Positions 46,646-56,276 of a DNA stretch of 64,000 bases are shown in pieces. The stretch's first letter is position 1. Each line of letters begins with the position of its first letter. The notes under the pieces were generated by a model that saw nothing but the letters and a program-made list of their open reading frames with translations, ran no database searches and was not told the DNA's origin. The stretch is from an uncultured archaeon. GTDB taxonomy: Archaea; Thermoproteota; EX4484-205; JAAOZP01. The stretch covers positions 6,274 to 70,273 of the forward strand of contig CALIBN010000024.1 in assembly GCA_938045545.1 (NCBI GenBank). Reading direction: 5' to 3'. A program made the position numbers and the translations under genes.

Positions 46646-47464
46646 ATGGAGAGCGAGTATTCCGAATACGTTAAGGATGCTTTGAAAAAGTGTTTTGAAA
46701 AGATTAGGGGGATGGATGAGCATTCCCTTCATGAAAGAGTCGCGATAAACCCTTTCGGAGACCAGACCTTCATGGTGGACAGGGTTGCTGAAGAAGTGGT
46801 TTTCGAAACAACAAGGTTTTTCTTTAAAGACGCTACGCTGGTTAGCGAGGAATCAGGGCTAGTGGAGATTGGAGGCGGAGGTCCCCCTTTAATAATCGTC
46901 GACCCTGTTGACGGGAGCGTCAACGCTTCCAGAGGATATCCCGGTTACAGCTGTTCAATAGGGGTTGCAGAAGGAGAGCGCTTGGACGACTTAGTATGCT
47001 CAGGCGTTGTCAATCTTTTAACCGGCGACCTTTACTTGGCTGAGAAGAATCGCGGAGCGTTCTTAAACGGGCGTAGAATAAGGGTTTCGAACGTGAAGAG
47101 GATCGAGGAGTCTCTGATATCTGTTGACTTGAACGTCCGGGGAAGACTGCCTGGCTACGTTAGCAGGGTTTCAAGCATAATTGAGAAGGCTAGGCACGTT
47201 AGATCTCTGGGTTCTGACGCGCTTGAAATATGCTTAGTGGCCTCTGGGGCGGCCGACGCCTTCTTGGATCTAAGGGGTTTTCTGAGGAGCCTCGACTTCG
47301 CAGCAGCATTCTTAATAGTTAAGGAGGCTGGAGGAGTAGTGTTAAACGGTGAGGCGGAGGACCTTAATGTTGAGCTGGTGCCTGTCTCGAAAAGCAGGGT
47401 TGTAGCAGCATGTTCAAGAAGCCTTGGCGAAGAAATAATTCGAGCCTTCAGAAGCAATACTTAG
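46646..47464 (+). CDS. Inositol monophosphatase / FBPase family protein
   Basis: SEE, DPVDGSVN, RSLGS, DFAAA. Confidence 0.9.
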   Translation: MESEYSEYVKDALKKCFEKIRGMDEHSLHERVAINPFGDQTFMVDRVAEEVVFETTRFFFKDATLVSEESGLVEIGGGGPPLIIVDPVDGSVNASRGYPGYSCSIGVAEGERLDDLVCSGVVNLLTGDLYLAEKNRGAFLNGRRIRVSNVKRIEESLISVDLNVRGRLPGYVSRVSSIIEKARHVRSLGSDALEICLVASGAADAFLDLRGFLRSLDFAAAFLIVKEAGGVVLNGEAEDLNVELVPVSKSRVVAACSRSLGEEIIRAFRSNT

Positions 47465-47465
47465 G

Positions 47466-47522
47466 CCAGTCGGAATGGGGTTTCTCATCATTATTCAGAG
47501 ATCACCTCCATTCCTCATCTGA
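47466..47522 (-). ncRNA. Box C/D 2'-O-methylation guide sRNA
   Basis: CAG-ATGAGGA(C)-ATGGAGGTGATCT-CTGA(D')-ATA-ATGATGA(C')-GAAACCCCATT-CCGA(D)-CTG. Confidence 0.8.
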
Positions 47523-47541
47523 TGATCCTGTAAATCGCTTA

Positions 47542-48081
47542 TTAAAAAGTTTTCCAGAGTGTTTCTTCAAAAACCCTGTATGTTTCATCATCATACAGGC
47601 AGAGTATGATTTCCCTAATCTTACCTCCTGAGGAAACGTATTCCTTGATCGTCTTCAGCATTACCTGCGCGCACCTATCCTTAGGGTAGCCAAATAAGCC
47701 AGTGGATACGGCTGGGAAAGCTATTGACCATAGACCAAGCTGCTCAGCCAGCTTCAAGCTGTTTAACGTGGCGCTCCTGAGCTTCTCATCCTCGTCGCCC
47801 TCTCCCATTCTCGGGCCCACCGTGTGGATGACGTACTTCGCCTCCAGAGAGCCTGCCGTGGTGTAGACCGCCTCCCCCACTTTCACCGGCCCCCTCTGCT
47901 CAACTATCCTGCTGCTCTCCTCCTGAATAATCTTTCCCCCTGCCCTGACTATTGCAGCCGCTACTCCACCCCCGTGTCTCAACCAGCTGTTGGCAGCGTT
48001 AACGATCGCGTCGACCTTGAGCTTAGTAATATCGCCTTTAACAAGCCTTACAACGTATTCTCCTATCTTCACGTAAGACAT
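47542..48081 (-). CDS. Macro-domain (O-acetyl-ADP-ribose deacetylase-like) protein
   Basis: GDIT, AIVNAAN, GGGVA, IHTVGP, PAVSTGLFG. Confidence 0.92.
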   Translation of the reverse strand: MSYVKIGEYVVRLVKGDITKLKVDAIVNAANSWLRHGGGVAAAIVRAGGKIIQEESSRIVEQRGPVKVGEAVYTTAGSLEAKYVIHTVGPRMGEGDEDEKLRSATLNSLKLAEQLGLWSIAFPAVSTGLFGYPKDRCAQVMLKTIKEYVSSGGKIREIILCLYDDETYRVFEETLWKTF

Positions 48082-48178
48082 TTTCAGCAATACCGTTACG
48101 CGGGGTGAAATAAGTTTTACAGTGGATTTAAGACGGGAGAACACATTTAAATCCAGTTTTTAATAGCAGGCAGCCGTA

Positions 48179-49471
48179 ATGGCTCAGGCGCTTGACGATA
48201 AGGCTTCGGCAAAAAGGTATAGGAGGAACCTTCTAGTCCTTCTCATAGACTGGATGACTTATGGTTCAGCGATGAACTTCGTCTCCATGGCTACTGTCCT
48301 GCCCGCCTTCATAATGAGCCTCACCGACTCTAAGATCGCTGTGGGATTAGTTACGACGATATCGTTTTTGGGATGGAACTTTTTCCAACTGGTTTCCGCT
48401 GGAAGAATAGAAATGAGGAAGTTTAAGAAGCCTTTTCTACTGAGAATAACTCCGGGTGAAAGAATACCGTGGCTCATAGTTGCTTTTTCAACAGTCCTGC
48501 TCGCCGAAAGAGATCCTTTACTCGCCCTCCTTATATTCTACGCGTCGTACATTACGGTGAACGTTTCTTCGGGCCTCTGCACCACCGCTTGGCTGGATAT
48601 TGTTGCTAAGACGATTCCTGAGGAGAAGAGGGGCTTCTTCTTCGCGGCCGCAAACCTTGTCTCATCAGTTTTAGGGCTGGCGAGCGGCTTCGCGGTGGCT
48701 TTCTACATGAGTTTCTTCAAATACCCTGTAAACTTTTTCATGTGTTTCCTAACGGCGTTCATACTCGTCTCCCTATCTTGGGTTGACATCACGTTCATAG
48801 ACGAGCCGCCGTCAAACGTGGTTGGGAAGCCCAGCACCTTCAGGGAATACGTCGGCAAGATTCCGAGGATCATTAAGAACGATAGAAACTATCTTCTTTA
48901 CACGGTTTCCGGGATAGTGGGCTCCTTCGGGGGGATCGCCTCCTCCTTCTATACCGCGTACGCTATAGACAGGTTTAAAGCAGGAGGCTTCGAAATAGGA
49001 TTGTTCACATCCGCCTCGGTTGGAACACAGATACTCGCAAACGTTCTGTGGGGCCTAATTCAGGAAAGACACGGCCATAAGACGGTGCTCGTAGCAGGAG
49101 GCGTAGCAGGGCTCCTGGCGACCATTATCGCCCTGCTCGCCACCTCGCCGAATCATTTCCTGCTGGTTTTTGCCTTTTCAGGAGCGTCTTTCAGCTCATT
49201 CATGGTTTCAGGCTTTCCGATGCTTATGGAGATGGCTCCGGAGGAGGATAGGCCGACTTACATAGGTTTAAACAGCGCTCTGAGAGCGCCTTCGCAAGCC
49301 GTCGCCCCTATTGTTGGAGGACTGGTTATTGAAGAATACGGTTACCCACCGGCCTTCTTAGCCTCAGCGTTATTCTCAACCGCCAGCACGGTTATCTTGG
49401 CACGGGTCAGGCAGAAGCCCCGTGGCCCAGCTGGGTCCTCCATCCTAGGAAAGCTTTTAAAGCGTTTTTAA
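48179..49471 (+). CDS. MFS transporter
   Basis: About 12 TMs; EEKRGFFF and EEDRPTYIG loops. Confidence 0.85.
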   Translation: MAQALDDKASAKRYRRNLLVLLIDWMTYGSAMNFVSMATVLPAFIMSLTDSKIAVGLVTTISFLGWNFFQLVSAGRIEMRKFKKPFLLRITPGERIPWLIVAFSTVLLAERDPLLALLIFYASYITVNVSSGLCTTAWLDIVAKTIPEEKRGFFFAAANLVSSVLGLASGFAVAFYMSFFKYPVNFFMCFLTAFILVSLSWVDITFIDEPPSNVVGKPSTFREYVGKIPRIIKNDRNYLLYTVSGIVGSFGGIASSFYTAYAIDRFKAGGFEIGLFTSASVGTQILANVLWGLIQERHGHKTVLVAGGVAGLLATIIALLATSPNHFLLVFAFSGASFSSFMVSGFPMLMEMAPEEDRPTYIGLNSALRAPSQAVAPIVGGLVIEEYGYPPAFLASALFSTASTVILARVRQKPRGPAGSSILGKLLKRF

Positions 49472-49483
49472 GCTTGTTCCGCC

Positions 49484-50692
49484 ATGCCTGCCCCCTCCTG
49501 GAGGATTATCGGCAGAGACGTTTATTGGCTGAGCATGCCTGATTACAGTACAAAGTTTTTCGAGAACATTTGGCCAATACCCGGTGGAGTAAACTACAAC
49601 GCTTACCTTGTCGCTGACGGCAGCGAGTGTCTTCTGATAGATTCTTCTAAAAACGTTTATACTGCTGAAGAATTTATAGGTCTTCTCAAACAGGTTACTG
49701 AGCCGAGCCGCATAAGGCATATCGCCGTGCTCCACACGGAGCCTGATCACAGCAACCTTATAAGAGAGGTTTCAAACAGGGTTGGAAACCCCGTGTTATA
49801 CTCGACCCTAAAGGCCTCCGCCTTCATGAGAAGCATGTTTAACGTTGAGACGAGGGTTGTGAAGGACGGGGACACTATAATAGTCGGTGGAAGAAGGCTT
49901 AGGGTTATCGAGCTTCCCTGGATACACTGGCCTGACACTATGCTCCTCTACCTTGAGGACGAGGGAATACTGTTCAGCTCCGACGCCTTCGGCGCCTTCG
50001 GCGCTTTGGAGAAGCCTGTTTTCGACGACGAAACAGACTTCGAACAATACATGCGTAACTCCAAAGAGTATTTTGCAACAGTCGTCGCGGCTTACAGACA
50101 GATGGTTCTTAGAGCCTTGGACAAGGTTGGTAAACTCGGTTTAAGACTGAGGATTATTGCTCCCGCGCACGGGATTGTTTTAAGAAGCAGGATTCCTGAG
50201 GTTACTGAAGCTTTAACCTCCTGGTGCAGGTTAAAGAGCAAGAGGAAGATAACGGTGATATACGGGTCCATGTACGGTTTTACGGAACGGCTTGCGAGAC
50301 ACGCGTGCAGCATCCTTAAGAACAGGGTTGAAGAGGTTGCTCTTCATAGTTCCATGGAAAGCGGTGTGAACAGTGTTTTAAGCGACATTGTCGATTCAGC
50401 GGGCGTTCTCCTCATAACCCCCACCTACGAGGGAAACGTGTTCCCGCCTTTAAGCAACATTGTCGAGCTTCTCAGGATTAAGAAAATGGGCGTTGGAAAG
50501 TTTGCGGCAGTAACTGTGACGAAGCTTTGGGGAGGGACAGCGGCAAGCCAGCTTTCGGCGAGATTAAGCGAGGCTGGCTTCGAGGTCTCGCATGTCTGCG
50601 AATACGTTAACTATCCGTGTGAAAGAGACTTGACGGAGTACGAGAAAATTCTCCAAGGCTTCCTTCAAAAGATCTTAGAAAAAGCCGAATAA
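49484..50692 (+). CDS. fprA: FprA-type flavodiiron protein
   Basis: HTEPDH, HWPD, SDAFG, PAHG, YGSMYGFT flavodoxin domain. Confidence 0.88.
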   Translation: MPAPSWRIIGRDVYWLSMPDYSTKFFENIWPIPGGVNYNAYLVADGSECLLIDSSKNVYTAEEFIGLLKQVTEPSRIRHIAVLHTEPDHSNLIREVSNRVGNPVLYSTLKASAFMRSMFNVETRVVKDGDTIIVGGRRLRVIELPWIHWPDTMLLYLEDEGILFSSDAFGAFGALEKPVFDDETDFEQYMRNSKEYFATVVAAYRQMVLRALDKVGKLGLRLRIIAPAHGIVLRSRIPEVTEALTSWCRLKSKRKITVIYGSMYGFTERLARHACSILKNRVEEVALHSSMESGVNSVLSDIVDSAGVLLITPTYEGNVFPPLSNIVELLRIKKMGVGKFAAVTVTKLWGGTAASQLSARLSEAGFEVSHVCEYVNYPCERDLTEYEKILQGFLQKILEKAE

Positions 50693-50738
50693 GGATGGTT
50701 AGCAAACTTTTATAACTCTGTGCTCGTATAAGTCAACT

Positions 50739-51200
50739 ATGTCTTCAACGGAGCAGGCCTTGGACGATCTAGATCTTAAGATACTTAGACAGCTTATGTC
50801 TGACTCCAGAATGTCCTACAGGAAAATAGCTAAAGAGCTCGGGGTCGCTCCTGGGACAGTTCTAGCTCGAATCCGAAGAATGGAGGAAAACAAGGTTTTG
50901 AAAAAGTATACTTTAAGCGTTGACTACGAGAAGCTCGGGTTCTCGGTTACCAGTGTGACTGAGATAAGGGTTTCAAAGGGTAAGCTTGTAGAGGTGGAGA
51001 AGAAGCTGGCTGAGCTTCCGGGTGTGTGCGCTGTCTACGATGTCACCGGGGATGTTGACGCTATAGTGATAAGCAAGTTTAGGAACCCTGCTGAGTTAAG
51101 CAGGTTTACGAAGAGGGTTCTATCCATGCCGAACGTTGAGAGAACTAATACCCACTTCGTCTTAACTGTGGTTAAAGAGGATTTCAACATTTCCATTTAG
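50739..51200 (+). CDS. Lrp/AsnC family regulator
   Basis: LDDLDLKIL...SRMSYRKIA...VYDVTGDVD. Confidence 0.92.
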   Translation: MSSTEQALDDLDLKILRQLMSDSRMSYRKIAKELGVAPGTVLARIRRMEENKVLKKYTLSVDYEKLGFSVTSVTEIRVSKGKLVEVEKKLAELPGVCAVYDVTGDVDAIVISKFRNPAELSRFTKRVLSMPNVERTNTHFVLTVVKEDFNISI

Positions 51201-51279
51201 GGATTTATTCGGGTAAAAGAGTGTTAAGCTTGCCCTTTTAAGAAGAGGTTAGACAAATGTCGTTAAAATTTTATCTCCA

Positions 51280-52026
51280 GTGAAAAACAGTTTTATAGCC
51301 TCTAAAAACAAGTCAGTTAGATTGCTTGAAACCCTGCTGATAGAGGGACTTTACGCCGGCGTATTCTTCATATGGGTGTTGTTCGTCGTCGGGGTTTTAA
51401 CCTACGTGTGCTACAAGATACTGGTTAAGAAGGTTCCTGAAGGGGTGGCAGTCTACTACAACAGGAAGATAATCCATATTCTCGCAGGCGGTTTAATAGG
51501 CTACCTTGTACCCTTTACTTTCAGCACACCCTTCTACCCGTTGGTCCTCTCAATGGTCCTAGGGGTTTTCACCCTCATCCCTCATCTTCTTAAAAAGCCT
51601 ATGTACTGGTTTCAGACAAGCGACAATGCTTACGAGGTTCACTTCTGCCTGAGCTGGGGGCTGATACTGACCGCGGGCTGGCTCTTCACCGGTGGGTTCG
51701 CTGGTGGAAACTTCTGGTTTGGAGTAATACCAATAATGTTCATGGCGCTCGGGGATGCTGTAACCGGGCTTGTAAGGAACGCGATGTTCAAGAGGCGCAC
51801 AAAGTCGTGGTGGGGAAACCTGGCTATGGCCATCGTTAATGTCATAACAGGGTTGAAGCTTGCGCTCCCGGGCGTCGTCGCCGGGCTGTTCAGCAGCGTA
51901 ATCGAGCATTTCGAATTCGGCCCTATAGATGATAACATAACTGTCCCAATCTCCGCCTTTCTAATCCTGATGCTGTTCTACTTTTTTATGCCTGAAGCAT
52001 TCTCGATTCTTAATGTTTTAGCCTGA
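51280..52026 (+). CDS. Dolichol/phytol kinase-like CTP-dependent membrane kinase
   Basis: RKIIHILAGG, GDAVTG, KSWWG, IDDNITVP. Confidence 0.8.
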   Translation: MKNSFIASKNKSVRLLETLLIEGLYAGVFFIWVLFVVGVLTYVCYKILVKKVPEGVAVYYNRKIIHILAGGLIGYLVPFTFSTPFYPLVLSMVLGVFTLIPHLLKKPMYWFQTSDNAYEVHFCLSWGLILTAGWLFTGGFAGGNFWFGVIPIMFMALGDAVTGLVRNAMFKRRTKSWWGNLAMAIVNVITGLKLALPGVVAGLFSSVIEHFEFGPIDDNITVPISAFLILMLFYFFMPEAFSILNVLA

Positions 52027-52084
52027 GACCTGGTTACTCTTAACGGATAAAACCTTTATTAGTCTCGAGAAATCTGCGGGCAGT

Positions 52085-52924
52085 ATGGAGTCTCACGAGG
52101 AGGCTTATGAGAAAGCCCGTGGGAAAATTGATTACGTTGAAATCGGCAGAGAGGTCGGCAAGGGGGTTGTCCTAAACAGGTTTAAAATAATCGGGTACGA
52201 CGAGGATATTCCAGGCTTGGCTGTGCATCATCCTGCAGGCCCCTCTGGCAAACTATTGCTGTTTCTACACGGCTTAGGGGGAAGTAAGGAGGATGCTCTA
52301 TACTTCAGAGCATTCGTGGAAAACATGGGTTTCTCAATAATGGCGGTTGACGCTAGGGGACACGGGGAGAGGAAGCTGAGCCTTGAAAACATCAAGCCGG
52401 AGCTGATAATCGAATACTTAGGTAAAACAATAGTTGACAACAGGCTTGCGATAGATATTGCTTTCAGAAACCGTTGGGTTGAAGAGGGGAAGCTCATTCT
52501 CGCGGGGGCAAGCATGGGGGGAATACTGGGAGGCGTATTGGCGGGGGTGGACAAGAGGATTAGCGGTGCTGTGCTCTATGTTCCAGGCGGGGATCTTGTT
52601 GAAATAATGTCTGAGAGCAACGTGCCGATGCTGGTTGAACTAAGGAGCAAAGTGCCTCGCGAACTTCTCTCTCTCGTTAAACCGGTGCTTGAACCAGTAG
52701 ACCCGATAAACTATATCGACAAGGTGTCTCCACGGCCTCTTCTGATTCAGCTGGGCAAGCATGATGACATTGTTCCCTTTAAAAACGGCATGAAGCTTTT
52801 CGAGAAGGCTAAGGAGCCGAAGCAGCTTGTCGTGCATGACTCGGGGCACGCATTGCCGGTGGATAAGGCTGTTGACGAGACAGTCAACTGGCTAAGGAAA
52901 AATTTCCCACAGCTAATGGTTTAA
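52085..52924 (+). CDS. Alpha/beta hydrolase
   Basis: LHGLGG, GASMGG nucleophile elbow, DDIVP, GH. Confidence 0.88.
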   Translation: MESHEEAYEKARGKIDYVEIGREVGKGVVLNRFKIIGYDEDIPGLAVHHPAGPSGKLLLFLHGLGGSKEDALYFRAFVENMGFSIMAVDARGHGERKLSLENIKPELIIEYLGKTIVDNRLAIDIAFRNRWVEEGKLILAGASMGGILGGVLAGVDKRISGAVLYVPGGDLVEIMSESNVPMLVELRSKVPRELLSLVKPVLEPVDPINYIDKVSPRPLLIQLGKHDDIVPFKNGMKLFEKAKEPKQLVVHDSGHALPVDKAVDETVNWLRKNFPQLMV

Positions 52925-53140
52925 AGAACGCAATACCAGCGTGCTTGACATTCTCGTATAAGTGAAGCGTATCTTAGAGATAGATCCTCAGTATCCTTAT
53001 TCATTTTCATAGACAAATATTCCAAGATTTTCTTTGCGTTACCAGGCATGCTGTGCCGACCCTCATCTCTGTGACGCATGTTGGGAGATGAGGATTCGCG
53101 TTTATGCCTTCAACCCCGTAGCGCGCGCCAGCACTCCCGT

Positions 53141-54076
53141 TTAGAGTAAATCTTCTTTCCTCATACGGGCCATCTCTACTAGCGAGATGATTACTGAAAC
53201 CATGATTAGTATTGCGCCGGCCGATTCGGTTGTCCCAAGCCTCTCCCCTAAGATCAGGAAGGAGAATAATGCTGCTGAAACTGGTTCAAGAGCGTAGATT
53301 AGAACGGCCTGGGAGGCAGAAGTGTGTTTCTGTCCCAATACTTGTAATACTCCGACAAGTATTGAGCATACGGCTGCCAGGTAGAGAAGAGGCGGGATGA
53401 CTTCGATTAAACTTTCAAAGCCTGATGAGGTGGGGAAAAACGCTGAACCGGCGATGGCTGTCACAGCATACTGGTAGAAGACTAAATCCAGTGAAAAGTA
53501 TTTTTTGGAAAAACTGTCGACAGCTAAGACTTGAAGCGCCCAGAAGAAGGCGCCTGCTAAAACCATCAGGTCCCCGATCCTCGACTCATAGGTTCCACCT
53601 GATATCAAGTACATCCCAATTACTGACAGGATTAGTGCTAGCGTAAATTTATGATTATAGTTGAACCTTCTCCGTAACACGTCGACAGCGTAAACTATCG
53701 GTATGTAGAGGCTGGTGATGAAGCCTGAGTTGGATGCAGAAGTATATCCTGTTCCAAGCCCTTGGAGGAAAATCCCTCCGAAGTATAGCAGCCCTAAAAC
53801 TGCTCCTGGCCCCGCTGCCTCGCGCATCTTACTCCTGTTCTTGAAAAGGCTGTGGAAAAAGTACGGCAGTAGGAGAATAACTGACAGTGTGAACCTTAGG
53901 GCAACGTATTCCCCCGCGTTTATTCTGGAGACGACTATTTTAATCAGGGGGAAAGATGTCCCCCAGAGGATTGAGACAGTAACCAGTAGCAAGGGCCCCA
54001 GGATCTTTGCGTAAGATTTCAACATATGCGGGGAGTTAAACATGGTGCTTAATAACTTGTGCCCTTTGGAGTACAC
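53141..54076 (-). CDS. EamA/DMT family transporter
   Basis: WGTSFP, SASNSGFITSL, LEPV; start likely downstream of 54076. Confidence 0.88.
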   Translation of the reverse strand: MYSKGHKLLSTMFNSPHMLKSYAKILGPLLLVTVSILWGTSFPLIKIVVSRINAGEYVALRFTLSVILLLPYFFHSLFKNRSKMREAAGPGAVLGLLYFGGIFLQGLGTGYTSASNSGFITSLYIPIVYAVDVLRRRFNYNHKFTLALILSVIGMYLISGGTYESRIGDLMVLAGAFFWALQVLAVDSFSKKYFSLDLVFYQYAVTAIAGSAFFPTSSGFESLIEVIPPLLYLAAVCSILVGVLQVLGQKHTSASQAVLIYALEPVSAALFSFLILGERLGTTESAGAILIMVSVIISLVEMARMRKEDLL

Positions 54077-54096
54077 TGGTTAAGTGAGGCGGGTTT

Positions 54097-55095
54097 TCAC
54101 TGGGAAAGCATTTCCATCGAGACACGGATTGGCGGCCACTGGGCAAGGCTCCCAGGCTTAACGGCACCCCAGGTGGTGCAAAGGTAGCCGAGCATACGCT
54201 CATTACTCATGAATCTCCGCGAGAACCCTATGAACGCCTTAGTTGCTTCAACATCCTTCCAGCCGCTCGGCAGGACGCGGAAGCCTTTCTCAAGGAAAAA
54301 CGGGATTGAAGGATAGTCTTCGCGCAGAGTATAGTGCCAGTCGCATATCACTATGTCCCTGGGAATCATGTCGACCGCTGGGTGAGTCTGGTTCTCGGAG
54401 GACTCCCACATTCCGTAGCCGGTGGTTTTACTGTCCAGCAGCCGGTCGCCCCACATCAGCATCTCAACCCCCCGCTTCTTCAAATGCTCATAGTAATCGT
54501 TAGCAGCCTTTGCGAAAAGCCTGCTTGGACTCTGGTTCCGGCAGCGCGGGCAATGCTCCGAGGCGATTAGAAAGACCTCATCCATCCCAACGTGCAGCGC
54601 GTCTGCTTCAAACACGTCTATAAGCTCGTCGAAAAGGCTGAAAACAATCCTGTTAACATCAGGATGCTGGGGGCACCAGCTCCGGCAATATATGCCCTCG
54701 TTATTCGGAAACTGGCCAGGAGTCTCGTCGAACTCAGGGTACTTGGTTAAAAGCGGGAAGGTCGTTTTACCCCACGACTGGTGCCCAAGGCACTGGAACT
54801 GTGGGATCAAACGGATGTCGTGGGAGCGGCACTCTTCGACCAGAGCACGCGCATGATCAAAAGTTATTGGATCCGGGCCTTGTAGCTCGGGGTGTGAGGA
54901 ATAAGCGTAGCCATAGTCCACTTCAACTATGAGAACGTTTACACCGATATTTGTTAGCTCAGGCACCTCTTTAACTAAAGCATCAATATCATCATTGCTG
55001 TTGGATATTAGGTGAATACCGCGCCACAGCCTACGCTCCATGTTTTTTCTATAGAGATCTGGGTTAAAAATATTTCTATGTTGCCTACCTCCCAC
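54097..55095 (-). CDS. GH20-like glycoside hydrolase (hexosaminidase-like)
   Basis: IPQFQCLGH, HVGMDEV, MWGD, CTTW. Confidence 0.8.
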   Translation of the reverse strand: MGGRQHRNIFNPDLYRKNMERRLWRGIHLISNSNDDIDALVKEVPELTNIGVNVLIVEVDYGYAYSSHPELQGPDPITFDHARALVEECRSHDIRLIPQFQCLGHQSWGKTTFPLLTKYPEFDETPGQFPNNEGIYCRSWCPQHPDVNRIVFSLFDELIDVFEADALHVGMDEVFLIASEHCPRCRNQSPSRLFAKAANDYYEHLKKRGVEMLMWGDRLLDSKTTGYGMWESSENQTHPAVDMIPRDIVICDWHYTLREDYPSIPFFLEKGFRVLPSGWKDVEATKAFIGFSRRFMSNERMLGYLCTTWGAVKPGSLAQWPPIRVSMEMLSQ

Positions 55096-55283
55096 TCAGC
55101 ATTACGATGTTTGTTGCTCCTCCAATCTCATACTTAACAAAGCCCGTAGTCAGTTTATATTCCTCTTAATTTCAAAATGTTTAAGCCTCGTTCTTCTGGG
55201 AACAGAATCTGCCGTTGGGCATGCAATGGTCCCTATGGGCTTGAACCGTTAAAAGATAAATAAGGCTTAAGATATGCTGGAGC

Positions 55284-56255
55284 ATGCCTAGCCCTAGGGT
55301 TATCGGCATCGGGGAGGTCCTGATAGATTTCGTAGGGGTTGAACACACTTCCCTCGACAAGGCCACAACCTTTAAAAAATGCTTTGGAGGCGCTCCCATG
55401 AACACTGTAGTGGGGGTTGCGAGGCTTGGGGTTGCTGCGGGAGCAATAGCCGCGGTTGGCGACGACTTCTTCGGAAGATTTATCCTTGGCGAGTTTAAAA
55501 GGAATAATGTTGACGCGTCGCGCGTCAAGGTTAAGAAGGGAGTTAGGACTACGCTCGCATTCATAGTGAACGATCCCGTTAAAGGATGGGTTTGCATCTT
55601 CTACCGGAGCCCATGGTTGAAGCATACTTCAGACACCCTGCTTTCCCCCATGGATATTGATTACGACTACATATCTAAGGCAAGGATTCTACACGTATCG
55701 GGGTTCGCGCTTTCGCAAAACCCTGCTAGGCAGGCAGTAATCAAGGCGGTGAAGCATGCTAAGGATTCCGGCGTCGAAGTTTCTTTCGACCCCACTCTGA
55801 GGCTCGACGTTTGGCGTTCGGTGACTATCCTCAGGAAAACATATGTTCAGATGCTTAGGTCCGCGGACATCGCGACTTTCTCGAGGGAGGAGGCCAGGTT
55901 CATCTTCGGAACCAGTAATCCGAAAAAGGTTGCTGAAAAAGCGTTGAAGTATGGGATTAGAATAGTGGGTGTTAAACTCGGCGCTCACGGCTCCTTCCTG
56001 AAGGCTAGAGGCGGGCCCGAGAAATACGTGCCTGCTTTCAAGGTTAAGGCTGTGGACGCCACTGGAGCCGGCGACGGCTGGAACGCGGGCCTGCTAGTGG
56101 GCCTGTGCAAGGGTTTAGACGTTGAGCAGTGCGCTAAGGTTGCGAACGCTGTTGGAGCCCTGGTTGTCACGAAACCCGGTGCAATAACAGCCCTTCCTTC
56201 GAGAGACGAGTTAAACAGGTTCCTGAAGGCGAACAATGTTAAGATAAGTATTTAG
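55284..56255 (+). CDS. PfkB-family carbohydrate kinase
   Basis: GEVLID, GGAPMN, DATGAGD. Confidence 0.92.
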   Translation: MPSPRVIGIGEVLIDFVGVEHTSLDKATTFKKCFGGAPMNTVVGVARLGVAAGAIAAVGDDFFGRFILGEFKRNNVDASRVKVKKGVRTTLAFIVNDPVKGWVCIFYRSPWLKHTSDTLLSPMDIDYDYISKARILHVSGFALSQNPARQAVIKAVKHAKDSGVEVSFDPTLRLDVWRSVTILRKTYVQMLRSADIATFSREEARFIFGTSNPKKVAEKALKYGIRIVGVKLGAHGSFLKARGGPEKYVPAFKVKAVDATGAGDGWNAGLLVGLCKGLDVEQCAKVANAVGALVVTKPGAITALPSRDELNRFLKANNVKISI

Positions 56256-56276
56256 TTTTAAAAGGATACGACTGTT

